DNA of 64,000 nt from the human T2T-CHM13v2.0 reference genome, Homo sapiens: assembly GCF_009914755.1 (NCBI RefSeq), contig NC_060943.1; one strand, written 5' to 3'. Of this stretch, positions 44,461 to 60,597 are shown piece after piece. Under the pieces are notes generated by a model that was not told where the DNA came from, did no database searches, and saw only the letters and a list, made by a program, of their open reading frames with translations. The position numbers were made by a program, and so were the translations under genes. Each line of letters starts with the position of its first letter. Position 1 is the first letter of the stretch.

Positions 44461-46770
44461 TCACTCACGGTTCCCCTGGAGGTTGTAAATTATTAGATTC
44501 AAATTTTCCACAAAGGCTGATTTTGACAGTTATTTCCCAGTTTAATTTTTGTTTTACCAAAGACTACTTTTAAAATTCCCTACCTTGAAACTTGCAGTGA
44601 GATCACTCCATTAATTTTAAACAGAATTTTAAAATTCTGATATTATTGCTCTATATGCTCTAAATAGGGCTTTTGTCTATTTGTAGGAATGCTTCCTCTC
44701 AGTGCAAATTATCTAGAATAAAGAAGGGAAGTCTGTTTCTCCAAGGAGAGGCACAGGAGGCAGGGCTATATAGGTAACCTGGATGACAAATTACAATATG
44801 CCATGGAGTATGTGGACATTGAAGATATGCAATATTGAGGTGGGAAGATGGCTTCAATGACTTCAGAATTTTCAGTCATGGGAAAACAAGAGGTTTCCTT
44901 AAATTGTGATAGCCTGGCCGGGTGCAGTGGCTCACACCTGTAATCCCAGCACTTTCAGAGGCTGAGTTGGACGGATCACTCAAGACCAGCCTAGGCAATA
45001 TGGTGAGACCCCTTCTCTACTAAAAGTACAAAAAATTAGGGGGGTATGGTTGCATGCATCTGTGGTCTCAGCTACTGGGGAGGTTGAGGTGGGAGAATCA
45101 CTTGAGCTCAGGAAGTCGAGGCTGCAGTGAGTTGTGATCGTGCCACTGCATGCCAGCCTGGGCGACAGAGTGAGATCCTGTCTCAAAAAAAAATTATCTT
45201 ATTTTAGAAACATGTCAGAAAAATCAAAGAACAAGCCCAGTTGAAACTACAGTAAGATCCTTTGATTCACCTTCAAGGTTTCTTTCCACAGCTGATTATG
45301 ACTTGATTCTGAAATCAGAGTTTTGAAAAGGAACATAGAAAACACTTTTAGCCAGTTATTCTGCTAATCATCAGAATCTTCACATCATGTCCAGAAGTTG
45401 CATTTATCAGAAGTGGCTGAGGAGGTTTTGCATTGGGAATCAAATATTCTCATCAGAGAAGCCCCAGACTCACTGAGGCAATGTCACTGAGAGATACTAC
45501 AGATGACATGATCGTGACATCTCTGTGGGGAGATCAGGTCCAGGAGCCTGTCTCTAACTAAGGACTCAGGTGCCCCAGCTTATGGTGACTGACACATCCC
45601 TGTACAGAGCTTGTTGCCAAGACCACCCCAGTGAGTGCTTCTGTACATTTAGAGCAAAAGGCAGAACAAAGATCTCAAACAGGAGAAGAGCTCAGAGCTG
45701 AGGGTGAGCAATAGCATTGGGCAAAATAGGTTTACCCCTGCCTGGCTCTGAGCCACACCATCCATGCCCCGGCTGGACCAAGACAGTGGCACATTAAGCC
45801 AGGTGCTTGGCTTGAGCTCCTGGCTCAATGTGGGACCAGAAAGCTCAGGTTTACTGTATACCCCTGTGTCCTAGAAACACTGTCAAAGGGAGAAATTAGG
45901 ACAGTTCTCCTTAGAAACTGAGCCAAGGATCACTTGAGGTCAGGCGATCCAGACCACCCTGGCCAACATGGTGAAACCCCATTTCCACTAAAAATACAAA
46001 AATTAGCTGGGCATGGTGGTGGGCGCCTGTAGTCCCAGCTACTCAGGAGGCTGAGGCAGGAGAATCACTTGAACCCGGGAGGCAGAAGGCTGCAGTGAGC
46101 TGAGATCACACCACTGCACTCCAGCCTGGGCAGCAGAGCGAGACTCCATCTCAAACAAAAAAAAAAAAATTTTTTTTTCAGCACGTAAAGACCCTAAAAC
46201 CTACCCACCTTGAGTAGGTATCCTCTCACCTATGGAGGCCTATTAGGTACAGCAACCAGATGCTTAGCAATGGGGCATTGTAAATACAGTGTCAGGGTTG
46301 GAAACATTATCAGAGGATGCCCAGTTCAACTCCCTCTTCTGAAAGAAGGTGAAAAGGAGACGCTTTTTCTGAGGCCACACATATCTGACATTTCTCCACA
46401 GCTTAGAGAAGTCACCCTTCATCCCATGGAACACACACAAGTTTGTGAGCGGAGCTGGCTAAGAGCAGGGGAGATACGGAAATGAATGCCAGTTACGGTG
46501 TTAGGTAGATCCGGGAAGAACATGGTGCAGCAGGAATACGAAGTCAGGAGGGAAGGTGAGATGAGGATTTCATTTCGAAGGATTCCTAGGGACACCTTCT
46601 AACAACTCTCCCTAGACCAAAACAAAAACAAAAACAAAAACAAAAACAAAACCCAGAAAAACAAAAACAAGAAACAAACCATGAAAGGATCATAGTTTCT
46701 TTAGTGTTACTCCACCGTGCCCACTGATGAAACAATCATGCTTCACAGCTTTTTCCAATGCATTTTATCC

Positions 46771-46776
46771 TTTATT
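46771..46776 (-). terminator. NLRP11 polyadenylation signal AATAAA
   Basis: TTTATT on + strand, about 200 nt downstream of the stop codon. Confidence 0.75.
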
Positions 46777-46843
46777 ACTTCATATAATCCTTTTAATACT
46801 CTTGAGACAGTGTAGGAATTTGAAGTGGTTGACTGGATCAAGG

Positions 46844-46844
<1 letters not shown>

Positions 46845-46890
<46 letters not shown>
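46845..46890. repeat. (CA)23 microsatellite in the NLRP11 3'UTR
   Basis: 46 bp perfect CA repeat between the stop codon and the polyA signal. Confidence 0.95.
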
Positions 46891-46891
<1 letters not shown>

Positions 46892-46975
46892 CAAATAGGA
46901 AAATTATAGTCCTAATTCTCTTGCATCCCAGTCACGGTAGTAATTTATAATAAATACTGTTTACGTACAACATGA

Positions 46976-47222
46976 TCAAAGGGGTTGCCTAGATGCTGTA
47001 TTTGACGTTCTCATGGCTGCAGACATTCTGGGAAATTTGAAAAACATGTAATCCAAATTAGAATTAGGTATTATTGAACCTGGCTGAGAAGCAGGTGTCA
47101 CACCAATTTCTCTGCCTTCCTTTAAAGACCAAGTTTCAGACAGAAAGATCAAACTGGGTTTTCTTTCCTTTACAGTCATCAGCAACTGCTGGGTTTGTGT
47201 GTTCAGGCCAGTTAATGGAAGC
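46976..47222 (-). CDS. NLRP11: NLRP11 terminal coding exon
   Basis: CAG acceptor at 47223-47225; LPLTGLNTQTQQLLMTVKERKPSLIF...SNTASRQPL* with TGA at 46976-46978. Confidence 0.93.
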
Positions 47223-48584
47223 CTGAAGGAAAACAGAGAGAGAACGCCGTTAATGCTACATGTGAGGTCTCAGCTTTGTTGCATCAATGACTAATTCCCC
47301 ATATGGCATCCTTTGGGTATTCTTGGGAGTATCTCAAGCCATCTCTGAGGAAACAAAAATCTGTTCCAGACTGAAAACCGTGAGATAGCGATTTCTCCAT
47401 TAAATATTAGAATGTAAGACAAGATTTCCACTGGGAGAACTGTTTGAAGTAATATTAGTAGTAACCAACGCCACTACGTGCTCAATGCTTTACATGCATC
47501 TCACATTACATCCTCACAATGGGTAATGGCATTCAAGACTTTATAGGTTCCAATACTGAGGGTCAAAGTTTCCAACTAAAATATGTTTACAGGCTGGACG
47601 CAGTCCAGTCCCACGTCTAATCCCAGCACTTTGGGAGGCTGAGGCAGGCAGATCACTTGAGCTCAGGAGTTTGAGACCAGCCTGGACAACATGCCAAAAC
47701 CCCATCTCTACCAAAGATACAAAAACTTAGCCGGGTGTGGTGGTGCGTGCCTGTGGTCCCAGCTATTTGGGAGGCTGAGGTGGATTACTTGCACCTGGGA
47801 GGTCAAGGCTGCAGTGAGCCATGATCACACCACTGCTCTCCAGCCTGAGTGACAGAGCAAGACCCTAACTAGAAAAAAAAAAAATTTACATAGCTAGAGA
47901 ACAGAGGCACACTTACACCGCAGCCCATGCTCATGTTTCTTTCTCCAAATCAAAGAGGAGGATTCAGCCACTTATTTTGTGCCCTCTCTGCATGTGAGTG
48001 TCCCAATTAGCATGTAGGCACAAATACCTTTATAACCTGAAATATGGTCATTTCTGCAGTTTAGTTTTTTTTGAGCACCTATAATACTGAAGGAAAAATA
48101 TCCCTGGCATCATGGAGCTCATGTTCTAGTGGAAGGAATTAGATAATAGAATAAATACATTATACATTTGAAGGTGAGAAGAGCCCTGGGGAGGAAAAAT
48201 AAAGAGAATAAGCAATTTGGAAAATTTGTAATGTTTATGGGTTTTTCTATGCATCTGAAAGTTTGACTCAATATCCATATTTATGAAAAAATTATCACTT
48301 AGAGATGACAAGGGAAAACAACTCATAGTAGGGTCTCCAGCATAGAGTCTGTGATCTCATTTAATCTTTAAGAGTTCTGAGATAATTATCACCATTTTCC
48401 ATTTGAGAAAAATTGGACATGAGTGGGAAATGAGTTGCCCCTCCTGTATTTTATTAATGGGTCATCCGGATGCTTATACTTAGTCTCTAATTGAATGCTC
48501 AGTAACCTGAATATGATTTTCCTTTAAATAAGGCAGGTAGAAACAGAATGCTAGATATTGCCAGAGCTTTCTACACACGTGACA

Positions 48585-49455
<871 letters not shown>

Positions 49456-49929
49456 CACAGAAAGGAAGAGAACTTTTGCTTTTATGAGAGGAATCTAATG
49501 GATTTGGAAACATGAAATAGACTGAGAATTGCCTATTTTTATTCTCTCGTAATGAGGGGTACATCCAAATGGAGGAAAGAAAATAGAAAATATTCGTAGA
49601 ACCCTTTTTGGTCTACGTCAAGTATAATATCAACTGTCATCTTTTACTCACCATTGAGTACATCCTCTGCTTTAAGAACGAGGCATACATTTTCAATCTC
49701 CCAAGAGGAAAGACTTTTTTTTTTTTTTTTGTATTGGAAACTGGCAAGAGGGTTTCTCATCATCATCTTATAGGTCCTAGACCATCTCAACACAGAATTT
49801 TCCCCATCACAGCCAGGCGCGGTGGCTCACGCCTATAATCCCAGCACTTCGGGAGGCCAAGGTGGACAGATCATGAGGTCAGGAGATTGAGACCACCCTG
49901 GCCAACATGGTGAAACCCCGTCTCTACTA

Positions 49930-50091
<162 letters not shown>

Positions 50092-50158
50092 TCAAAAAAA
50101 AAAAAAAAAAAAAAAAAAAAAGAATTTTCCCCATCACCAAGGAAAATAAGCAACTTAC

Positions 50159-50329
50159 CCAACTACCTTAAGTACACAATCTGGGCTGATCAAGCTCTCA
50201 AGAAGTTTTGCAACTCCATCATTGCCCAAGTGATTTTGAAGCAAGTTGAGTCTTTCTAGTGTTTTGTTGGTGGTAAGAACAGAGGCAAGAGATCGACAGC
50301 AGGCACTGGTTAACATGCACTCTTCTAGC
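50159..50329 (-). CDS. NLRP11: NLRP11 LRR exon (171 nt)
   Basis: CAG/GTAAGT boundaries; [38 protein letters not shown]...PDCVLKVV. Confidence 0.93.
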
Positions 50330-50580
50330 CTGCAACGAAGATGCACAGGTAAGGTGGGGCCAAATCCTTGAGGAAAAATGGCAGATGAGATGGGTGAGAA
50401 CTGGACATCTACTAGATCCCTCCAAGTTTTGGGCAAAAGAACTGACTGTGCAATAAGAGTCCCATTTCAAACACTAGACTATTATGTCCGAGGTATTGTA
50501 TTTCCCAATCCACTTCCTCTTGTGCTTTTCTTCAGCTGTTGCTAGCTAAAGGCAGGGATCTTTCTCCACCAGGCACCTAC

Positions 50581-50751
50581 CCAATATTCACCAACATGCA
50601 GTTGGGATGTCTCAAACCACCACATAGCAGCTGCATTCCTGCATCTTCTATTTTGTTGCTCCCAATCTCCAGGCTCCTCAGTTTTTCATTAGTAGCAATA
50701 ACTATGGCAATATATTGACAGATATCGCTGCTAAAGAAACAGCCAGACAGA
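50581..50751 (-). CDS. NLRP11: NLRP11 LRR exon (171 nt)
   Basis: CAG/GTAGG boundaries; LSGCFFSSDICQYIAIVIATNEKLRSLEIGSNKIEDAG...HPNCMLVNI. Confidence 0.93.
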
Positions 50752-53652
50752 CTGCAAAACAGAAACATGAGCTAGAGTCATGACCACCTGTCTCCAAAGA
50801 TTTATTTCACAGAGTGTTAAGCATTCTTGGACCCGTCTTGTGACATTCATGAATAAGGGACTGCTTACAGAAACAAGAGCAGTGTTAACATCTACAGGTC
50901 ACTTACAACATACCAGGCATTGTTCAAAACTCCTAATGCACATTAAACTCACAATGATCACAGGGCTCTTATCCTGGTTTTACAAACAAGGAAACTGAGG
51001 CCAGAATGTTTTAAGCATTTTTGTCCCGGGAAGCCACATACATTCAACCTACACCGTTGCAATACTGAGCTTGGATTCTGAAGAATTATGTTAGGCAACC
51101 TCCTCTGACATTCACGTTTCTGCCTTTCAGTACTCATGTCAAAATCCAACATCGAGAAGGGCTAAATACATTCTTTCTATAAAGAGGATTTTACCAAATG
51201 GTCCTTTCTCAAAGCAAGCAACGTACTCACGATTGTCCGTGTTCTCCCATGTGACCTGCCACCTTGTTTTTCCATTCACGTCTCCCCCATTATCTACTCC
51301 TACAATCCTACTTCATTGCCTCACCACGTTGGCCTTCGTGTTGATTCTCGAGCACAGTTGGCTGTTTCTCTGTTAACAGCTCTGCACCGACTATTCATTC
51401 TGCTTGCAAGCGCCACTCTAGTGATCTGTATGACTCCATCCACAACCTTCTCCAAGTCTTTGCTCAAATGTCCCCTTGTCAATGAGGTGACATTGACCTT
51501 GCTTAGAGATGGCCATACCCTACCCTCAGCACTCCTGATTACGTGCCCTTAGGATTGAATTAAAAAAGTTTCCATAGCAGTTTTTACTGCCTGATACAGG
51601 AGTTGACGGCCTTTCTCTATAAGGGGCCAGATAATAGTTTAGGCTTCACCGGCCATGGTGCCTCTGTCACAACTACTCAGTTTTGCCACTGCAGCACAAA
51701 TGCATGCATGAAACACATGTAGATGAATGGCTGTGTTCCAGTAAGATCTTTATAAAACCAGGCAGAGGGCCAGATTTGGCGCCTGGGTGATACAGTTTGC
51801 TGACCTCTGGTCTAACAATACATAAGTTTCTTATGTTTTATTTCCTATCTCCCCCAGTGCCAATACAAGATCCATTAATACATGGATATTTATTCTGTTC
51901 ACTGATGTATCCCAGCCACCTAGAGGAGTGCCTGACACTTAACATATATTCTTTGTTATAGAATGTATATTAAATACTGAATAATCATATTAAAGCAGAT
52001 TCCAGAAGATCCTATTTTTCATTTAGTAGTTATAAAAGTTGGGTGGTGCATTCCTGTAGTCCTAGCTACTCAGGAGGCTGAGACAGAAGGATCACTTGAG
52101 CCCAGCAGTCTGAGACTGGCCCGGGCAATATAGCAAAACCCTGTCGGTAAAATATATAGAGAGTTAATGATGTGCCAACCACATCCATGCTTTCAAACTT
52201 AGAGGAAAATAAAGGGTGATCAATAATGTGGGCTTCCATGTGCCCTATGGGAGCTCATAGAGGAGGTCCCTATCCAGCTTTGGGTAGGTGATAGACAAAA
52301 TGGACAGTTATACTTAAGACAATTCTTGAAGGATGACAAAAGAACGTGTTTGGAGTCTACAGCAAGGTTCAAACTATGGTCTGAGAGCCAAATCTAGACA
52401 ACTTTGTTTTTTATTTATAAAGTTTTATTGGAACATAGCCACACCCATTTGACATTTTTCATGGCCTCTCTTCAGCTATGGGAGACTTAAAAATAGTTAT
52501 GACAGGGACATTATGGCCCACAAAGCCCAGAGTATTTACTGTCTAGCCTGTTATAGAAAAAGGTTTCTAACCCCTATTCTACAGTATGAGTGAATTTGTC
52601 TCAACCTACTAAGTACAAACTAAGGGCCATGAAAAAAAGGGAGGGTGAGTTATATTATTTTCCCCAAGGCAGCTTTCCCTAAACTGCCTTGTCAAAGGAA
52701 GCAAGATTCTAGAAAGAAAAGATATCCCTACAATTTCCTATTTTACCTGCCCATTTGTACCAAATTACAATGGTAACATGGATTTAACTTATAACTACAA
52801 GACAGAAATAAAGATAAGATACCATACTGCTGAGCATATTCTTATACAGTCCAGTAAGCACTTCAGTTCAGGAGCTCACAAGCCATAGTGTTGCTATTTT
52901 ATGAACAGGAGATGCTTTTAGGTTATCAGTTTCTTATATTTCTGAGCCCAAAAAAAGGCATTTGAAATAGAACATTTTCAAGAGAGTTCAAATTAAACAA
53001 CTCCAAGGCATTTTTTAAACAATTTTTTTTTCAGGCAAGTGGGAGAATCACTACTTCTGAGAAAATACGAGAAGTTTGATTATTCAGCATCATTGATGAG
53101 GCACACTCAAAAAACTGTAGTGGCTTGTTACATATTTTTTCCTGGAAGTTCAATCAGAGGCCATTGCATCATGCCTAAATTAGATGTCTTTGGTAGGTAC
53201 CAGTGGCTTGGATATGGCCACCTCCCCCAATGCATCCCTTTTCCAATAAAGCTATTTCCCAACAGAAAGATGCCCCCATGATCGCCAACCCCAAAAGATA
53301 TTCACTGCCTCAGAAATTGCAAGCCAGGCCAGGGCAGGATCTTTGGGTCCCTTCTCCTGTGGCATTTTCCCATGCTATGTCCACCCGGGGCAGGGGGAGG
53401 GGTCCGGCCCAGGCACCCTTCTCCATGTGATAAGGATCTGAGGGATTTTGTGAACTCTGCTCCTTCTGAGCTAAAAGGTTTTGCCAATGAATCTTACCGT
53501 GCTTTCATGTCGCCTATTCTGGGGAGCCCATGCTCCCGTACCCCTATCACCCATGATGCCATCACTGGAATCTTATCCCTGCCACCAACCCCACCACCCA
53601 AGCCCTCATGCAGTAGAAACACAGTCATCCAGGACAACTGTGGGAGACTTAC

Positions 53653-53823
53653 TGAAGCTCCTCTAACTGACAGGTTGGAAACAGCAAGGGAAACGTCACA
53701 TGCAACACTCCGTAATTTTTTAAGCGATTCACACACAGGTCTAGTTGTCTTAGAGTTGGGCTGAACAGAAGCACTCTTCCAAGGGCGCTGCAGCAATTTT
53801 CAGTGAGACAGCAGAAGACTAAC
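53653..53823 (-). CDS. NLRP11: NLRP11 LRR exon (171 nt)
   Basis: CAG/GTAAGT boundaries; LVFCCLTENCCSALGRVLLFSPTLRQLDLCVNRLKNYG...PTCQLEEL. Confidence 0.93.
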
Positions 53824-54415
53824 CTGCACACAGAGAAGAGTGAGTCAGTGACAGTGTGAGCACCAGAGAGGGGAGCACCTGAGACCACCCACCCCACGCC
53901 CACGGGCGCCTCGATGCCTTCTACTGCCATTGCCCCAAATCTCTACCAATGACTTTCTTATTTGGAAAAGGAGATTAGAAGTACCCCAAATAGTGCAGAG
54001 GCTGAAATACAGAATGGATGATGCAGAACAGGGCATGAGAAAAATCTAACTCCAACTTCTACTAACGGAATAATCTTATAGACGTTACTTCTGGAACTTG
54101 GTTTCTCCCATCGTTTGATAAAGTATATTTGGCTAAATTGAATCCTAGGATTTTCAGTTTAAAAACTCACTTTGAAAGAGTTACTTTATTATTTATAAGT
54201 GAATACAGGAACTGTTGAAGATTTTTTTAAACTGGGAAAAAGTGGAGACAGACGGCACACCAGAAGCCCTGTTGTTAGCCCATTTTGTGGTATCCCGTTT
54301 TGTCTGTCCAGGTTTAGCTCGTTGCCAATATGTGGAAGTTTACTCAATCCTAATCTGGATTTCCAGCCTCTATTTTTTTTTCCATTATTTATTTTTAAAT
54401 AATTTTTAAAAATAG

Positions 54416-55005
<590 letters not shown>

Positions 55006-55849
55006 CTAGACCAGAGGCTGGCAGCACACCAAACCTGGCCCCTCCCTGCTTTTGCACAGCTGCAAGCTTAGAATGATTTTTGTGCTTTAAAATGATCGGA
55101 AAATGTATATGTAGTTATTTTAATTTGGGTTTGACACGTGAAATGGGCTAGGTTTTCCTTTGTATACTAATGCGTGCTTATTTTAAATTATATGTACAAG
55201 TAAAAGTTAAGACTAAGAATGAGCTAGAGAAGTTCCCTGTTGTCCTCGTAGAAACCAGCACTATCAACTCATTTGCATACTATTTTCCAGCTGTCAGATT
55301 TGGTCACGACCATAAATTTGGCCTTTTACAGGTGTTTTCCTCAGACTACTGTGATTTCTTTCACGTTCTTAGGCTTAGAAATTCCTTGCCTATTTAAAAT
55401 AAGTTACCAAAACAAATATTTTTTGCTTAGTATATCTGGATTATTTTAAATACAGGTATGAACTACGAAAAACTCCATGCCAACAATCTAAGGTGATAAA
55501 AATGTTCTAAAATTATATTGTAGTGTTGTACAACTCTAAATATGCATAAAAAACATCGAATGTGTACCTTAAGTGGATGAATTTTCTGATATGTAAATTA
55601 TACCTGGAACCAGTGGGAAAAGAAAAAAAGAAAAAATCTAGCAGGAAACAAAAAACTTGTAGATATGAGATGAAAAAAATATCTATTTGGAGTCTGATTA
55701 TTGAACCAATGGTCTGTCCCTTTTTTCATGAGACCTTCTTTTACAACAAAATTAGCTCATATTGACAATTACTTACTGGATTTATCTGGGGCCACATGGA
55801 TCTTAGAACAATTTGAGATTTTAAAGACATGGCTGGACACAGTGGCTCA

Positions 55850-56149
<300 letters not shown>

Positions 56150-56808
56150 TTACATAATATGAACAGGAGTTTCTGGTGTTATCCTGCAATCAAACAAGTA
56201 TTTTTTACAGAAAATATAAAGAATATAAAGAATATTATATCAGTTTGTATTATGTTTTGGAATCTAGCAAGTCCTAAAAAGGGGGCGAAAGGAGCTAAAG
56301 GGAGCCAAAAATGGGCGAAACAAAAAAACAAGATGACCTACTGCATTCTTTTGTCTTTTTGGAATTTGGAATTGTGAACGGGGAATCATGTCCTTAAATA
56401 CACCGAGCTACTTACTGTTTTGTTTTCTGACCATGTTTTACAGATCTCCGCCCTTCATTTTTGTACCTTTATGCCTCACTTTTGCCACTTTTTTGCCATC
56501 TTTCATCGTGTTTGCCATGCCCCAACCTTCCGGAAGTCTGCCTTTCTAGCCACTTTCCCAGAGCAGACAGAGCTTACCTACGAGTAACCCACAGTCGGTT
56601 ACATACAGGGAGAGCCCGTCTTCCACCTTCTTGAAAGGAGACTCAGGGGAAAAAATCCTATTTCAAGGCAATCTAGCACCAAACCTTTCCTTTGCTTTCG
56701 TCTTTGTGTTCTCAGTCACATCTCATCCTACACGACACCCAGTTCACGTGTTCACTGTGAGAACAATATAGGTTCCCTGCTCTTAGAAAGTCAGTTGCTA
56801 TGGCCTAG

Positions 56809-57076
<268 letters not shown>

Positions 57077-57431
57077 TGATCCGCCTGCCTCGGCCTCCCA
57101 AAGTACTGGAATTACAGGCGTGAGCCACCGCGTCCGGCCGTGACCACCATTTTTAACTCTTATCTCCAAAGATGTATGTTTGGTCATGTTATGACTCCAC
57201 TGTCCAGATTGAGAAATACAAGTTGAAAAAAAATCCAGAAACATTTTTGCCAACGTTTCGCAAATCAGCTGTCAACCCAGAGTATTAACCCAGACCTACT
57301 GAACTCCAAAGACTGTGCTTTCGGCTGCTTTGCTTTGCTGTCCCTTTCCCCACCACTGCTCTTTGATCATGTGCTTAGATATTCAAGTCAGTCTGAGCTT
57401 CTACGTGGTGAGCTCGTCTAAGCCAACTTAC

Positions 57432-57602
57432 ACCAGTGATATAAGAGTGCAGTTGGGATGAAGCAAGGCATCACACAGTATGTTCATCCCGTCGCTCCTC
57501 AGCGGATTGCTGGATAAGGTCAGTTTTCTCAGACTCCCGCCACTGATGAGGAGAGAGGCGATTTCTTCACATTCGCTGGCTCGCAAATCACATTTCATCA
57601 AG
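57432..57602 (-). CDS. NLRP11: NLRP11 LRR exon (171 nt)
   Basis: CAG/GTAAGT boundaries; LMKCDLRASECEEIASLLISGGSLRKLTLSSNPLRSDGMNILCDALLHPNCTLISL. In frame with neighbouring exons. Confidence 0.93.
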
Positions 57603-58001
57603 CTGTAAGAGGAATTCAGAAATGAAAAGAGGCTCCCGCGTTTAAGCTATCCCCTCTTTTAAATTAAAAAAAAAAAAAAAAGAGAGACCTAACCAAGTGC
57701 GATGATGTCCACTTGGAAATAAATAGATCCCTTTGCTTCTAACCTTTCTTCTCCCTATGCCACTCCTCAGAGTTCAAATTTGGGCAAGGTTACAGACTCA
57801 CGAAGGGCTGTGAGCAGGCAGTTCCTTCCTCTTCTGCATTCATCTCCATGTGGTTTCCAGGGTGATGGTTCAGAACGGTAAGTCAGGTATCAAGCATCCC
57901 ACCTGACCATGGGATGTGGGTACGATCACATTTATAAATCTGATCAAGACCCTCAACTTACCATCACATTTACAAGGACTTCTGATGTTTTTTCTGCATA
58001 G

Positions 58002-58142
<141 letters not shown>

Positions 58143-60092
58143 TAAGCGATTCTCCTGCCTCAGCCTCCCGAGTAGCTGGGATTACAGGCATGCGTTACCA
58201 CACCCGGCTAATTTTTGTATTTTTAGTAGACACCAGGTTTCACCATGTTGGCCAGGCTGGTCTTGAACTCCCGGCCTCAGGGGATCCACCCGCCTCGGCC
58301 TCCCAAAGTGCTGCGATTACAGGCATGAGCCACTGTGTCCGGTCTAACTTTCTATTCATTACTCATTCTGTACCATCCTCCCTGATCTCCTCACTCTCCC
58401 TCAAGTCCACAAGCATATTTTTGCTTTAGTGTCTAGTACCCTTATCTCTACTTAGTGATTTTCCCCGTGGGACCCTATTTTTTAAAAAAAGTTTTTTTCC
58501 TTAAATTATCCAGGAGTGGTGGTGCACGACTATAGTCCCAGCTACTTGGGAGACTGAGGTGGGCGGATCACTTGAACTCAGGAGTTCGAGGCTGCAGTGA
58601 GCTATGATCATACCAATGCACTTCAGCCTGGACAACTGAGCAAGACGCATCTCTAAAAAAAAATAAATAAAATAAGTAGAATAAAAATAAGTGATCTTTC
58701 CCCAGATAGCTGCATGGTTTGCTGTCTCACTTTCTTCAACTTGTCACTCAATATTCTCTTCTTCAATGAGGATTTTGAATAATAACCATCTTTCAACTAA
58801 CAAATATTGTTATTTTCAGGCATTGTATGAAGTTCCTGGGATACAGCAGAAAACTGGAAGAAATACGATGGAATTCTAGCATTGTAAAGACAGGGCTGAA
58901 TGTATCATGTGCCTAGTAGATGATCAGTTCTTTATAGAAAGTAAATCAGAGTAGGTCATAGAGAAAGAAAAGGATGTATTCTACTTCCTTATGGGGCAGG
59001 CACTGAGCGAAGACTCTCACTGAGCCATCGTACTTGGCCTGTGTATTCTATTTTGAATGAAATGGAAGCCCTTGAGGGTTTGAAGATTAGAGGACAGAAG
59101 AGTCAGAAGCTCTGACTTAAATAAGGTAGAAGAATTTTAGCAGAAACTTGAGAGAAGAGGGCAAGCTCTGAATCTCTAGGACAAGGGAATTTCTGTCAGA
59201 GGAAATGAGTGGAAAGAGTCAGAAGCAGGAGCAGGTTTGGTGTTTTAAACATCTACAACAAACAGTGCAGCCGCAGCACGGTACATAAACAGGAGATGGG
59301 GAGAGGGTTAGCCAGGGCCACCCAGCGTGAAATGGTGTATTCTATATTATTTTATTTTTTTTTTTTTTTGAGATGGAGTTTTGCCCTTGTCACCCAGGCT
59401 GGTGGAGTGCAATGGTGTGATCTCGGCTCACCGCAACCTCCGCCTCCCAGGTTCAAGTGATTCTCCTGCCTGAGACTCCCGAGTAGCTGGGATTACAGGC
59501 ATGCGCCATCATACTTGGATAATTTTGCATTTTTAGTAGAGACGAGGTTTCGCCATGTTGGTCAGGCTGTCTGGAACGCCTTACCTCAGGTGATCTGCCC
59601 GCCTCGGCCTCCCAAAGTGTTGGGATTCCAGGCGTGAGCCGTCGCGTTGGCCTGTGTATTCTATTTGGAATGAAAGTGAAAGCCGTTGAGGGCCTGAAGA
59701 TTAAAAGGACAGAGTCACAAGATCTGACTTAGATTGCCATTATCCTTAGCAAACTAACATAAGGACAGAAAACCAAATACCACATGTTCTCACTTACAGA
59801 TGGGAGCTAAATGATGAGAACACATGGACACATAGAGGGGAACAATACACACTGGGGCCGACTTGAGGGCTGAGATTCAGAGGATAGGATCAGAAAAAAT
59901 AAAAATATCTATGAGGTACTAGGCTTAGTACGTGGGTGATGAAATAATCTGCACTAACTCCCATGACACAAGTTTACCTGTGTAACAAACCTGAACACGC
60001 ATCCCTGAAGCTAAAAGTAAACTAAAAAGAGTTAAGTCTACCCTTGTAGTAAAACTGATATATCAAAAAATAAAGCTATGTTTTGCTTCAAA

Positions 60093-60126
60093 CACACACA
60101 CACACACACTCACACACACACACACA
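60093..60126. repeat. (CA)n microsatellite, interrupted
   Basis: Direct observation. Confidence 0.9.
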
Positions 60127-60405
60127 CCGGAAAACAAAACAATCCAAACTAGATGAAAGTTGCCCTTCTACACTCTTTTCCATGTAGCAAGCAAAGGTGT
60201 GGACAGGTAGGAAGATGCTGAAGTACTGCAGATAGGTGGGAGATGGGTTGGTCTATCATGCTTAGCAGTAAAGGAAGCAGGAAGGAGTCAGATGGATCCA
60301 CTCTAACAACAGACCTAGAAAATTTGTCTAAGCCAGGCCACAAGAAAATCTGTATTTGAAATGCCTATTTAAATATCAAAGTAAGAGGCTGAGGTGGGCA
60401 GATCA

Positions 60406-60597
<192 letters not shown>

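Noticed and set aside
53039-53796. Cluster of ORFs on both strands in a GC-richer part of an NLRP11 intron
   Set aside because: No recognisable domain, splice structure or retrocopy hallmarks; only the 53653-53823 exon is supported.
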